64,000 bases of DNA from NCBI GenBank assembly GCA_013265495.1, contig MU058844.1, positions 6,571,260 through 6,635,259 of the forward strand. The letters run 5' to 3'. Source of the DNA: Vicugna vicugna. Lineage: Eukaryota. Numbering within the stretch: position 1 is the stretch's first letter; every line of letters starts with the position of its first letter. The position numbers were made by a program, and so were the translations under genes. Positions 53,036-64,000 of the stretch are shown in pieces. The notes under the pieces are model-generated. The model saw only the letters and a list, made by a program, of their open reading frames with translations, was not told the origin of the DNA and did no database searches.

Positions 53036-53738
53036 TGTAAATGAGAGAACCAAATATAAGAGTGGTTCCTGAGGGCCACATGTGGCTGCATGTAAAAGAG
53101 AGCAAGCATGCAGACAGGCGTAGGCCTTGGCTAATGGGATAGTTTTGCAGGAGCAAAAGAACCTAGCATTAAATGGCAGACCTCACTGTACACTCAGGGG
53201 CTGCAAGATTAAGGAAGAAGCCACAAAAGAGAAGAGAGAAGCATTTGCTCAGATAGAGGGAACCACATATAAATAAAGGAGCTTATGAAGAATGCACAAA
53301 CATAGCTAAAAGGGACGTTGTCGGTTTTAAATACCTGGTAAGTGCATACAGGATGAAGCCAGGATACAAGAACACCCACCAAGTAAGCCCTGGCTCCCTC
53401 CCCTCACTCTCCTGCTTCCCTCTATTTCAACTCAGAGGAATCAGAGCTGTAATGAAAAGGAGAACTGGTACCCAAGGCAAAAGGAGAACTGGCTATAACC
53501 TGGAATGAAATCAACAACTTTGATTCATACATAGAACCAGATGTTCTAAATATTCAACTGATGCTCTTTCATGATTTAAAGAGACAGGAAAATTTAATTA
53601 CCTAAAGATAAGGTGTAAAATCACGAGATTGACCATATTTTCATCCAGAGGCAAGAAAGAACTCCCCTACAGAGGTAAAAACAAATATGCTTTCTGATTA
53701 CTTTTTATGACACCCACTTGTTCGATGTATTGATTACA
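53036..53738. mobile_element. Ancient LTR-like element (LTR78/MamGypLTR-like; family uncertain)
   Basis: TGTAA...TTACA inverted termini about 700 bp apart; aaatatgctttctgattac near the right end. Confidence 0.4.
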
Positions 53739-54879
53739 AGAAGGACCTCCAAAATCCAGAGGTTACAGAGGTCATGATCCAGTTCTTTACCCTGGTGATG
53801 TGGTAGAGTCTATCATGGAAACAAGGTTTCAGAATAGATTGAGAGATTTTTTTTTTTTTTACCGTTTTACTATAGAAATACAAGCTTGCTATCTTCTTGT
53901 CTTCTATGATTCAAAGAGAGGACTACACTCAGGTATATGTGGACTGACACTATATTTTTAAAGTAATTTTTGGATTATGTATTTTTGGTAGTTAAGATTT
54001 CCTTAAAAAGTAAAGCAGTTGTCAGCCTGTGCTTTGAGGGTTTTTTTCTCCCCTACAAATATCTGCACTCTTTGGAAAATAGAGATAAAATTTAATCCTA
54101 GTACTTTGACACAAGATAATGAAAGAAATTTGTTTTAACAATGCATTTTAAATCAGACAACAACTAAGCCTATTCAGACAATTGTTCTGATTTATTAAAC
54201 TCATCTTCCTACATATGAACTAACAGTTGAGAAAATACAGAATACATCTAACATCTCGAAACTGTTCTCAGAAGAAGTAAATTTATGAAAGATAGGTAGA
54301 TTGATAGATAGATAGACAGAGGAAAAAAACATTTAGAGTAGGTTTGATCTGATTAATAAAAACTTCTAGGAGATGGGAAGAAACCTTAAAACTGATAACC
54401 TCCCATCACAAATTAGGACTGCTTTAATTGATCTTCCATCCACCTGGGATGGACGATGTCTTAATCTCTACCCTATTCTTCTAACTCTCCCTAGGATGGA
54501 AACAGTCATCACCTGGGTAGACATCCCTTGCACGTTACATCTCTGTTGGACATAGCCAATTCAGAGATGACGTATGCTGGCACCCATGAGAGTCTTCCAC
54601 TGGGAGATCAAACAAGACTAGCAGGGACTGTGGTTTATTGTGTGATTGATAACAGGATTCCTAGCTTTTCTTTATTTTCTCTACACATCAATGAACACTA
54701 TTCTCCATTTTTTTTGTAAAAGTACATAGATAATACTAGATAGTATAGTTTCACCATACAAGTGGACCGAGGAGAGTTAAAAATCACAGAAGTACTTTCA
54801 GAAAGCATCCAAACACTATCCCCAGAGATCACAATCCTCAGTAATCTGGATGTACCAAATTTCAGCTAGAATAACAATG

Positions 54880-55346
54880 AGCGTGGTACTTGGTTTCCAA
54901 AGGTAGCAGAAGCCAATTCCATTCATCTCTCCCACCTGCTGCCCCTCCCTTGAGGAGGTGAAGGTTAGGTCCCCTGCCGTTGAATGTTGGCTGCGCCTGC
55001 TGCCGCTTTAACCAACACGGTGTGAAGGAAGGAGTGCTCTAGGACTGGTGAACTCCCAAATTTAAAAACCTTGCCTTGCCACTCCCTCTTCATTTTTTTT
55101 AGAGCACTGATTCCAACATGAAAAATGTTTAGGTAGATTGCTGGAGGAAGAGAAACTGGGTAGAGGAGCAACCAGGAGCCAGACATCCAGTCACAGGAGC
55201 CATTTGACGATACTTGATTCCAAGTAAGACCAGTTAAGTGCCTATCTGGGCCCCACCAACCCAAAGAATCTGAAATACAACAAAACCATTGTTGTAAGCC
55301 GCTATATTTTGGGTGGTTTGTTACACAGCAATAGACAACTGAAACA
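54880..55346 (+). mobile_element. MLT1 (MaLR) LTR fragment
   Basis: 3' end ttgttgtaagccgctatattttgggtggtttgttacacagcaatagacaactgaaaca. Confidence 0.7.
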
Positions 55347-58300
55347 ATAAAGATCTAAATCTTGCCTCCTCCTGAATGTATTGAATTCTGTGTCTTGTTT
55401 CAATCAAACAAATCTACCTCTGCCGAGGCCTTAAGTATCAATGACTTTTTAAACTGGCTCCTGAGGTTCACATGTGACATCTCATTTACCTAAAGCACAT
55501 CCACAGGAAAATCCTCATCCCCTATACACTATGACAAAATCGACTACAATCTCCCCTTTTCCCTGAGACCAACGACCAATGTGAGTGAACACCCACTCCA
55601 GTTACGCACGTCGCTATCAAACAAGGCCGTGTGGAAAGCCGGCAGCCTGACAGGACAAAGCCATGAAAGCTTACCCCACTCGTCTAGAGACTGCGTACCA
55701 GAGTTAAAAGGATGATACTGTGTGGTTGCACTTTGTGCAGATCTGAACCTTGTAAGTTTGAGCTCATGTGATATAAAATACCAAGTCTCACTTTGTGATA
55801 CAAATCCTGCAAATAAAAATAACTCTTAAGAATCACATGATTTCAGAAGTTACTGACTGCTCTTTATAAACTGAGTTTACATTATTGCCACATGATGGGG
55901 CTACATTAGTTGGTGAACAAAAGGCCTATTATCATCAGGAAAAGATCATCCGGAAGTGTCTGGGTTTTCAACTAGGCAGGCTGTGAGAAGTATGATTTCT
56001 TCTGTAAAATTCACTACCTTGAGTATTTCAAGCTTTGGTGCCTAAGGTAAGAATGGAGAGGAGTCAAGAAGAGAAAGAGGCAGCTTCCAACCCATTTTTT
56101 GAAAACTCAATTGCTCTTTGTCTACAGAAGCGCAACACAAATGTTTAAAGGCATCTCTTGGGATTCAGGAGATCTGAATAAACTCGAAATCTAGTTCTGG
56201 CACTTACCAAATAAGCGATGTCAGGTACCTTACTTAGCCTCTTTGTAAATACTTCAATAAATGGGATTCATTCATCCTATTTCATTCATGTATTCATTCA
56301 TTCTCTAGTGAGTGTTTCTGAGTGTCTGTGATGAACCAGGCATGGTGCAATAAGAATGGAAACATGAATACATCATGATTGTTGGTACAATAGGGCTAAT
56401 GACATAGGGAACAGAAATGTGTGTAATAATCACTAGAATATACTTTACTGTAAAATTTTATAATTTCGATTCCTTTTGCTGTTCTTACACAAACTGAAAT
56501 TCAAAATGAAAAGACAAGCTGCATATTGACTTCATTTCTCTCATAACCTTGAAGCTATTAAGATATCAACACACTTTCAAAAGAGACTGCTTGCTTTTTT
56601 TTTTCAAAATAGACTGCTTGCTTTGATAGCATAACAGCATCCCTGTATAGCTCTGTAATCGTCAATGAAATGCTCCATAAGCTATGATATAATCACTGTG
56701 CAGAGATATTTTTCTCTTGCAATACTCTGTGGACTTGTAGAATGGCCCCCACATAGGTTTTAACACCTCCACATTGGTGTTAAAAAACTGAATTAGAACA
56801 CTTTAATAACGTCAAAATTTCTCACACTTCACTTTTGTTAGCAAGAACATCAGTTTTCACTCTTTTTGTGGAATCTAAAAAACAAAAACAAAACAAAACA
56901 AAAAAAACACACAAGGCCTTGGGGATTTAGGAGAGGTGGGAAGCACCTTGGGAGAGGATTTGTCATATGTTTCGGGTTTCACAGTGGGGTCTGCAGACTA
57001 CCTGCTTCAAAAATCTTTAGGGGCTTGTTAAAAAAAAAAGTAAATTGGAAGGTTTACCCAGTCTTGGTGAATGAGAATTTTTGAGGCAGGTCTTAGGACT
57101 TTTTTATTTTAAGATGCTCCTCTTGTTGATTCTTACCCCAAACTCTGCGGATCACATGTTCTAATCCCGCCACCTTATTTTGCAGATGAGAAATCTGAGG
57201 CACAGAGAGGTTAAATGACTTGTTAAGTAGCTTAATAAAGTTTTTTTTTCTCTAAAAACCAAAGAAACAAAGAATGGTACTTTTGAATAGAGTCTAAAAT
57301 GGAAAAGAAGAAAAATAAAAAGATATGAGAAAAATAGAGGACATTTTTCACAGTCTGCTTTTCCCATGTTTGGATCTATAATGAGTGTATTTATTCTTTT
57401 CCATTCTCCTTGGAAAATTCCTTTAGCTGTCCATGATTCAGCTGGAATTTTAAATGCTGTTGACCTAAAGTCAGTTTCAAATCATTTGACAAGTAAGACA
57501 AGTAAAGTCACAATAAGTCTGTTCTCTCAGCATGTATCATCTGAGGCTGAATACACCACACAATCAAAACAAAGCAGAAACAGGAGGAGGAAAAACATTT
57601 TGGTACAAACAACTGAATATATTTCAAGTCACCTGTCTCATAGGAAATCTGGGTGACACAATACGCACTTATTAAAATCATCCTAATACTACTAGTTTTA
57701 GTTCATAATTATCTATCTTGAGATAGTTATTATACGTTTTTTGGAATTAAACATGTAATTGACTAAAATATCTTAGTCTTTAAAATCTATCTATGAAATC
57801 ACCATTTACAGCTACCTCACTAGGTTCTGCTTTAGTCCATACTATCCTTATTTTTAATTAATAAGAATGTAATATGTACTTCACAAACTAGGTACAACTG
57901 ATGTTTAATGATGGCCCAAGCCATAAAGCAAGCTTTGTTGAAGGAAATTTTGAGTATGTACTAAATTTGTATAAATGAAAAATATTTTTAATATTGCTAA
58001 TATATTTATTCTTACATTCCTACTGAGGAGCTAAGCATATTTTGTAGCTATGTATGTATATGTTTTACCATCTTGGATCAAGATAAGTTTCCTTCCAGGA
58101 AAATCGAATTTTGAAAGTCTTGCCCTTTGGAAAACAATCTCTTAAGAATGTCATGCCAGTTATTTACGATACTTCCTTCAGGGGGAATGAAGAAAACAGT
58201 ATATTTAAATTAGCTTAAAGGCAACTGTGACTTGGACAAAGAATGTAGGTGTTAGTAATATCATCCCATCTGGATTAGGGCTTCATACAACATTGCTGGT

Positions 58301-59494
58301 AGAAATTAATTTATACTTGATGTTGAATTCTTGATGAAGTTTTAACTTGTCAAGAGTTGTAAGCTTATAAATGTGTGTTTATGGTGAAATTTTCTTCAAT
58401 TAAGCCTCATAATGCTCTAGGTATTTTATTGTTCTGAAAAGGAGATCTCTCAAACATGTTGTTTCCTGTACCCACAGGCTAATCTTCAAAGTGTACATTC
58501 ATAACTGAATATTAGCCTACAATTTTGAAATAAATCCTGTGGCATTCATTAGTTAAAACATGTGTTATTTCCTGTACAACACAGTTTTTGTTGACATTTT
58601 TTGGAGTATAAAATGGAATTAAGGCCTTTTCATGCCCTTTTTCTTAATTTAAAAATGTGAAGAAATCTGACATTAAACAAGATTACCAATGGAAATAAAA
58701 CTAGAAAGGTTGATACACAGGTACTTCTAAAGAGCCAAGGTAAAGATCTAGTACACTCAACATTATGCATTCATGTAAACATTTTATATCTCAAAACAAT
58801 CTTACTTGGAGTCTTTTACTCATCTTCCTTGAAATAAAAGTGTATTACTGCAATTAAATAATACAGCAATACGTAATTTTTAAATGTTAACCATAAGATT
58901 TAACAACAGGCTACTCAGGATACTGAACCATAAAACTTAACTAAATATGGGGAGGTATTAGAATTGTAAAAAGAATTGCAAAAACAATGATTATGCTATA
59001 CTCCTTATGGGGATGAACAGTATGTCATTCTGAGAAGCATTTCCCCACCTAGTATCAAAAAACCAAAACCTGTTGATGAAGTCCTAAAGTATTATTATTA
59101 CTTAGATTTATTGAAAGGCTGCTGCATTTTGTGCACTGTGCTAATACTTTGAAATATTTTTGTTTGTCTTTTTAAATTTCACAGGAGTCCTGTAAGTTAG
59201 CTATGTCAGAGATTAAAAAATTGTGCTAAAACAGGTAAAAATAAGTAACTTTCTCAAAAGGGCATAGTTGATAGAAGGCAAATCTAAAATTTGAATCTGA
59301 TCCTGATTCCAAATTTCACAAAAGGAAAATATAACTTTAAAATATAGGCATTAACTTTTATGTCAATTAATTTGAAATAAAAATATCAATTCTTTATATT
59401 ATAGGCACTTCTTCAAGGACAGGCTCTTCTTACACCAATGGGAGTTATCCTGACTGTGAAAGTAAATCATAGTTTTCATCACGACATAGCAGCA

Positions 59495-59760
59495 AGGCAG
59501 CATAACATAATGGCTAGAATGCTGACTTAGAAGATGCCTTCAGGAGTCTAACAAGCTAAATTAAAACCCCAGCTTCACTGTTTACTAATTGTGTGACCTT
59601 GGGCACATTACCAGTGTCTAGGTGCCTCAGTTTCAATATCTATGAAATGGACCTATTAAGAATACTAATCTCACAGAAATATGGAGGATTAAGCGAGTTC
59701 ATTCATGTCAAGATCAGTGCCTCCAGAGAGTAAGTGGGGGTGTGCGTGTGAGCTACTGTT
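59495..59760 (+). mobile_element. MIR SINE
   Basis: cccagcttcactgtttactaattgtgtgaccttgggcacatta...tgcctcagtttc...tatgaaatgg. Confidence 0.75.
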
Positions 59761-60065
59761 CTGTCACACAGTGCATGTATGGTTCATGATCGTGACGTTA
59801 CAGAGTAGGATAAGCCTTCATCAGATTAGGAGAGAAGGTGAAGGAAATTTGGAGTTGGAAAAAAGAAAATAGGTAATTTAGCCAATTAATGGGCTAAAGA
59901 GTGAACAATAACTCATAAAAGCAACAGACAGAGCTGATTATGGTATTCATATTTAGTCTAGTAAATTTAATTTATTCAATAAGTATTTACAGAATGAAGT
60001 TTGCATGCCAGGCACTATGTTAGATGTAAGAAACTTCAGAGTGAGGGAAAGAGGAATGGTATCTA

Positions 60066-60400
60066 AAAAAACAAGAAATCCTGCCATATGCAACAACATG
60101 AATGAACCTGGGGGACATTATGCCGAATGAAGTAAGTCAGCCACAGAAGAATAAGTCCTGCATGATCCCACTTATGTGAGGAATCTAGAACCGTCAAATT
60201 CATAGAAACAGAAGGTGGACTTGGGGGTTCCAGGGGCTGGAGGTGGGGGAGGGAAGCAGGGACTTGTTCAGATTTTCACTGATACAAGATGAATAACATT
60301 GTTGTACATAGTCAACAACACCTTATTGTGTACTTATATTTGTTAAGAGGGTAGATCTCATGTTAAATGTTGTCTTACCACATTTTTTTAATTGAAAAAG
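60066..60400 (+). mobile_element. LINE-1 3' end (L1MA/MB-like)
   Basis: gaaatcctgccatatgcaacaacatgaatgaacctggg...tttgttaagagggtagatctcatgttaaatgtt. Confidence 0.85.
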
Positions 60401-61064
60401 AGATACCACCTCTGCCCTTTTAAGACTTGCAATCCAGGTTTGTATCAACAACAAAATTAAGCTCAAGTCAAAAACCTTTCTTAGTGCAGCTATGAAGTTG
60501 AGATTCACTGAGGTCTCTACCACCTGCTCAGTGCAGTTCATATCTACTGAAACTACTTATTTCTGCAGTTTAATCTAAAGAAAAACTGTCTTTTTAAGCC
60601 TGAATTTCAGTGAATATAGCATGAGTTTACCTGAATATAAACCACACAATAGATTCAGGACAGTAAAGAAGAGTAAAATGTATGGGCCAATGTGGATTTT
60701 AGTCAAATAGCAATTTACAGTAAGATAAAAAATTAAAGATAGCAAAGATGAAAAATTATCAAATGCCTAGGCTAGAATGTTATTTTACTTTCATCCTTAC
60801 TTTCAAATGATATCTAATTTCCTATAATCTTATAGAATAAAATTGGATATAAAATTATGACCATTTCTATCATTTATATAGAAAAAATCCAAGTTGTATC
60901 TATCAAGTGGAGATTTTAAAAGTTTTAGCAATTTCTAACTGAGAAGAGAAAGCGGCCAGAAACTGACCCTAATGTTAGAAATGACAAGGTGGAAGTTGGA
61001 ACTATCAAATTAGATCAGGAACACAAGAATCTCTCTCATCATTGGTTGTCTTTTGGTTTTAGGT

Positions 61065-61470
61065 TGTGAGAGTCTACCAGAGATTGCCAATGTCCATCAA
61101 ACATCCAAGTGTTCCCTTGTAGTTCAGAGATCCCACATGTCTAGCTGGGTAAAGGTGGTGATTTACCCAATCTATTGGAAGGGGAAGTGAAGTGATGGGT
61201 CACTCTGGTTTAAGGCAGCCAAGGGTAAGTGGGTCTCTTTGCATCATTTTCTTTTCTCTTCTTTGAGCTGGAGATAATTTAAAGAAGGTAGAGATGCAAG
61301 GTGGAAACAGTCTGGGTTCTTCAGTCATTACTCAGAACAGAGTTCTTACAGAAGAACCACCTGAATCATGCTGGATGTGAAGTGAAGGAGAAATACACCA
61401 TTCGTGGTAACCTATACAACTGAGGGATTGTTTTTTGCAGCAGCTGGCATTAATTACCTTGGTTAATATA
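61065..61470 (+). mobile_element. MLT1I/J-like MaLR LTR
   Basis: ggaagtgaagtgatgggtcactctgg...ctgggttcttcagtcattactcagaacagag...ttgcagcagctggc...ggttaatata. Confidence 0.55.
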
Positions 61471-62089
61471 GAGGGTTATTATCATTTATTTTAATCCAAA
61501 TCTCAGGATTTCCCTGGGGAAAGCTTTTAGTCCTTTCTGATAACTGCCTTCCTAGCCTTTGTGTTACTATGGCTGTATGATTTCTTTGTATCATTTCTGT
61601 TAATCACTAGGTAGACTCTGACCATCTATTTTAGATGATGGATCTCTCTCCCCCTTTAAATTCCCCCTGCTTATCCTCATAAAATGGGGGAAAAAATGGA
61701 GTTCTGATGACATCATATGGGGTTTTATTTTACTCTGTAGCTTTAGAGTTCAGCATCCTTTCAGAATTCTTGATTTATGTATGTGCTCTGACAAATAGCA
61801 TTCCCCATTTAGCTCAGTTCCTTCTTCCCCCAAAATATCAAAAGATAAGAAGTGAATTCTTCTCTGTCAGTGCAATCTTAATTAATATCTAGTCTAACAC
61901 ATTTGACACCATAATCTTTAAAATATTCTTTGTAATTGACCCCAGCAGTTACACAGAGATTTCCCATCTTGACCTAGTTATGACCATAGGAAAGGCTCTA
62001 ACCATCTAGAGTAAGGGGACAGCATTTGTGTTTACATCTAATTTCTACTAGAGGTAAAGTCGATAAAAAGAATAGAAGAAATCAGTCCT

Positions 62090-62492
62090 TCAAAACGGGT
62101 GGAACATAGTATGTCTGCAATGGTGCAGTAAGGACAATAAAAATCCATTTCAACATAAGAACTGTGAGAAAAATATCTATAATTGTTAAAAATCAACTTT
62201 TCATAACTTTGGGAACTAACCAAAGACCTGCAACAATCTGAGAAGTATTTATTCAAGATATGGCAGAATCTTGATTAAACACATTTTAACTTGCCCTCTC
62301 CCAGCTCCACAGTAGCCTTAAAAACTAGCAGCCTCACAATTATGGTAATTGTTAAAAACCAACAGCCTGGTAAGCTCTGGAAGTTGCCAGACCAGGTCTG
62401 GGGGCACCTCAAGATCCTCATCCCCTGAAAATAGTCACTATTTACTTGTCTGGTAGCTCTCCAGGAACTCCTGGAAAAGCCCCATTCATAAG
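62090..62492 (+). mobile_element. Old LINE-1 5'-region fragment (L1M-type 5' end)
   Basis: aaaatcaacttttcataactttgggaactaaccaaagacctgcaacaatctgagaagtatttattcaaga...ctggaaaagccccattc. Confidence 0.6.
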
Positions 62493-64000
62493 AGATGAGG
62501 GAGAAATCTTAAAACATATACCCTCCCATCACAAATTGGGGATGCTCTACTTGGTCTTCCACCTAACCAAGATGATGTCTTAAACTCTCCTGAATTACTA
62601 CTTGTCCCGAGGATGGGCAAGATCATGACCTGGATAAGCATTCCCTCAGTCCCATCTTGGGCAGGCAGGCCTCAGACAGGAAGAATGCCTGCACCCACGA
62701 GAGAGATCCACTAGGATATGTCCCTAGAGATGTCTTCTAGGTTTCCTGATAATGTTGTTGGCAATAGTACTGCCTGTTCTTTCAGGTTGTGGGACGTTCC
62801 GAGGGTGAGCTCTAACCAAATCACCCTGAAGCTCTCTTCTAGAGTTGCCAAAGTTGGCTCTAATAAGCCATGTCATTGGGATCTAAAATATAGATTTCAG
62901 ATGTATTTTCCTAAAACACAACTAAAGCCATCTTGATATGTCTTATGCAGGTTATATCATAGTCACCAGCCATCACCCATGGACAGTACATTATGACTTT
63001 CATCTGTCTGTGGACGTCTGCTCTCTGATCTGCCTGGAGAGACCAAAGGCTACAACCTGACTAGGACCTACATACCATTTCTAGATCTGAACCAGTTCTA
63101 ATTCCTGAAACACTCACTGAACAGATGAAAGTAATATTATCATTAACTTAGACTAGTGATGTTCAGTAACGGGGGCACAGCAGAACAGCCTGAGAAGCAA
63201 CAAGTACTAATTAGAGGCTATGGAAGTGAGACCCTAGCATCAGTAGCTGTCAGAAAACTTCCTGCTTATTCTAATATGCTGCCAGCATTGAGAATGAGTG
63301 GCTTAGACTACTCATAGTGCCTAACTGGAACTAAGATAAATCTTATAGACCACTGGGCTAACATTTCAGAAAGAAAAGTTATGAATAATTAGAGGTTACC
63401 ACGAGTTCAATACTTTACTTTAAAAAACAATACTTTAAAATATCTTTGATCTAATAGTGTGTATTTACCCAGACAAATGTTTGAAAAAATAATCCAAATA
63501 AAATGCTCCTTTCTATTTCTTCTTCACTAATAATTCCTACCACATATCTTAGAAAAAAAGTAAACTATATCATAAGAATGTTTGAACATTTCAATCCATT
63601 TAGAAATCTTAATTTTGTATCACATAAGTGCCTTATAATAGGATATGGATAGTAAACTAATTTTATCCAACTATGGCTTTCTTAATCCTTCTAACATTTG
63701 ATTTAAATTTTTGAACTTGTACAAATTTGCCTGGAAGCATGATTTGTATTTTAAAATAAATGTGTACCAGATTTGTTGGGCTATGTTTATAGCTTAATTA
63801 AAATAGGAGAAAAAGGATATTTATAAAATGAAAGAAAAGTATCAGCACAATCTGATAAACACAATATTGCTCCACTTTAAGTCTACATTAAGTTTACTGC
63901 AGTGGTATTTTTCACTTCCTCATGTGGTCAATCATTTGAAAAGTAACATACAATATAAACAGTGTAAACACAGAAAGTCACCGTATGGATAGACAGTTTT

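Noticed and set aside
56758..56785. 10-bp hairpin TTTTAACACC-N8-GGTGTTAAAA
   Set aside because: Short enough to arise by chance in 64 kb of AT-rich DNA.
54373..62785. Full-length provirus between the two homologous LTR-like elements
   Set aside because: No PBS, PPT or gag/pol/env remnants were seen. The interval contains MIR and other old repeats, and the two copies are strongly diverged.
24500..64000. Exons of SLC6A15 or another protein-coding gene
   Set aside because: No ORF or spliceable segment resembling a known protein was found; the listed ORFs are short and mostly repeat-derived. Small non-coding exons cannot be excluded.

Overview
Mammalian genomic DNA, AT-rich and repeat-dense. 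It is most likely camelid, because a Vic-1-type tRNA-derived SINE with target-site duplication (TSD) lies at ~17.5 kb. Two genes sit head-to-head around a small CpG island at ~3.0-3.3 kb. On the minus strand is the 5' end of LRRIQ1: a non-coding exon 1 and the first coding exon (222-366). On the plus strand is a complete TSPAN19 (tetraspanin-19), which I assembled by hand from 8 coding exons (10146-24254, all introns GT-AG, 248 aa, CCG motif, no frameshift or stop); the ORF track missed it. The remaining ~40 kb is intergenic and made up of L1, L2, MIR, MaLR/ERV LTRs and hAT DNA transposons, including a nested LTR cluster at 41.2-44.5 kb. By recalled human synteny this stretch runs toward SLC6A15, but I saw no SLC6A15 exons. 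I found no evidence of a novel multi-gene system. The most notable items are regulatory or structural: an RFX X-box in the bidirectional promoter, an overlapping uORF on the TSPAN19 start, a young CpG-rich solo LTR with many promoter motifs, nested LTRs, perfect hairpins and a G4 tract. Repeat family names and human protein comparisons come from memory and need Dfam/RepeatMasker and database confirmation.
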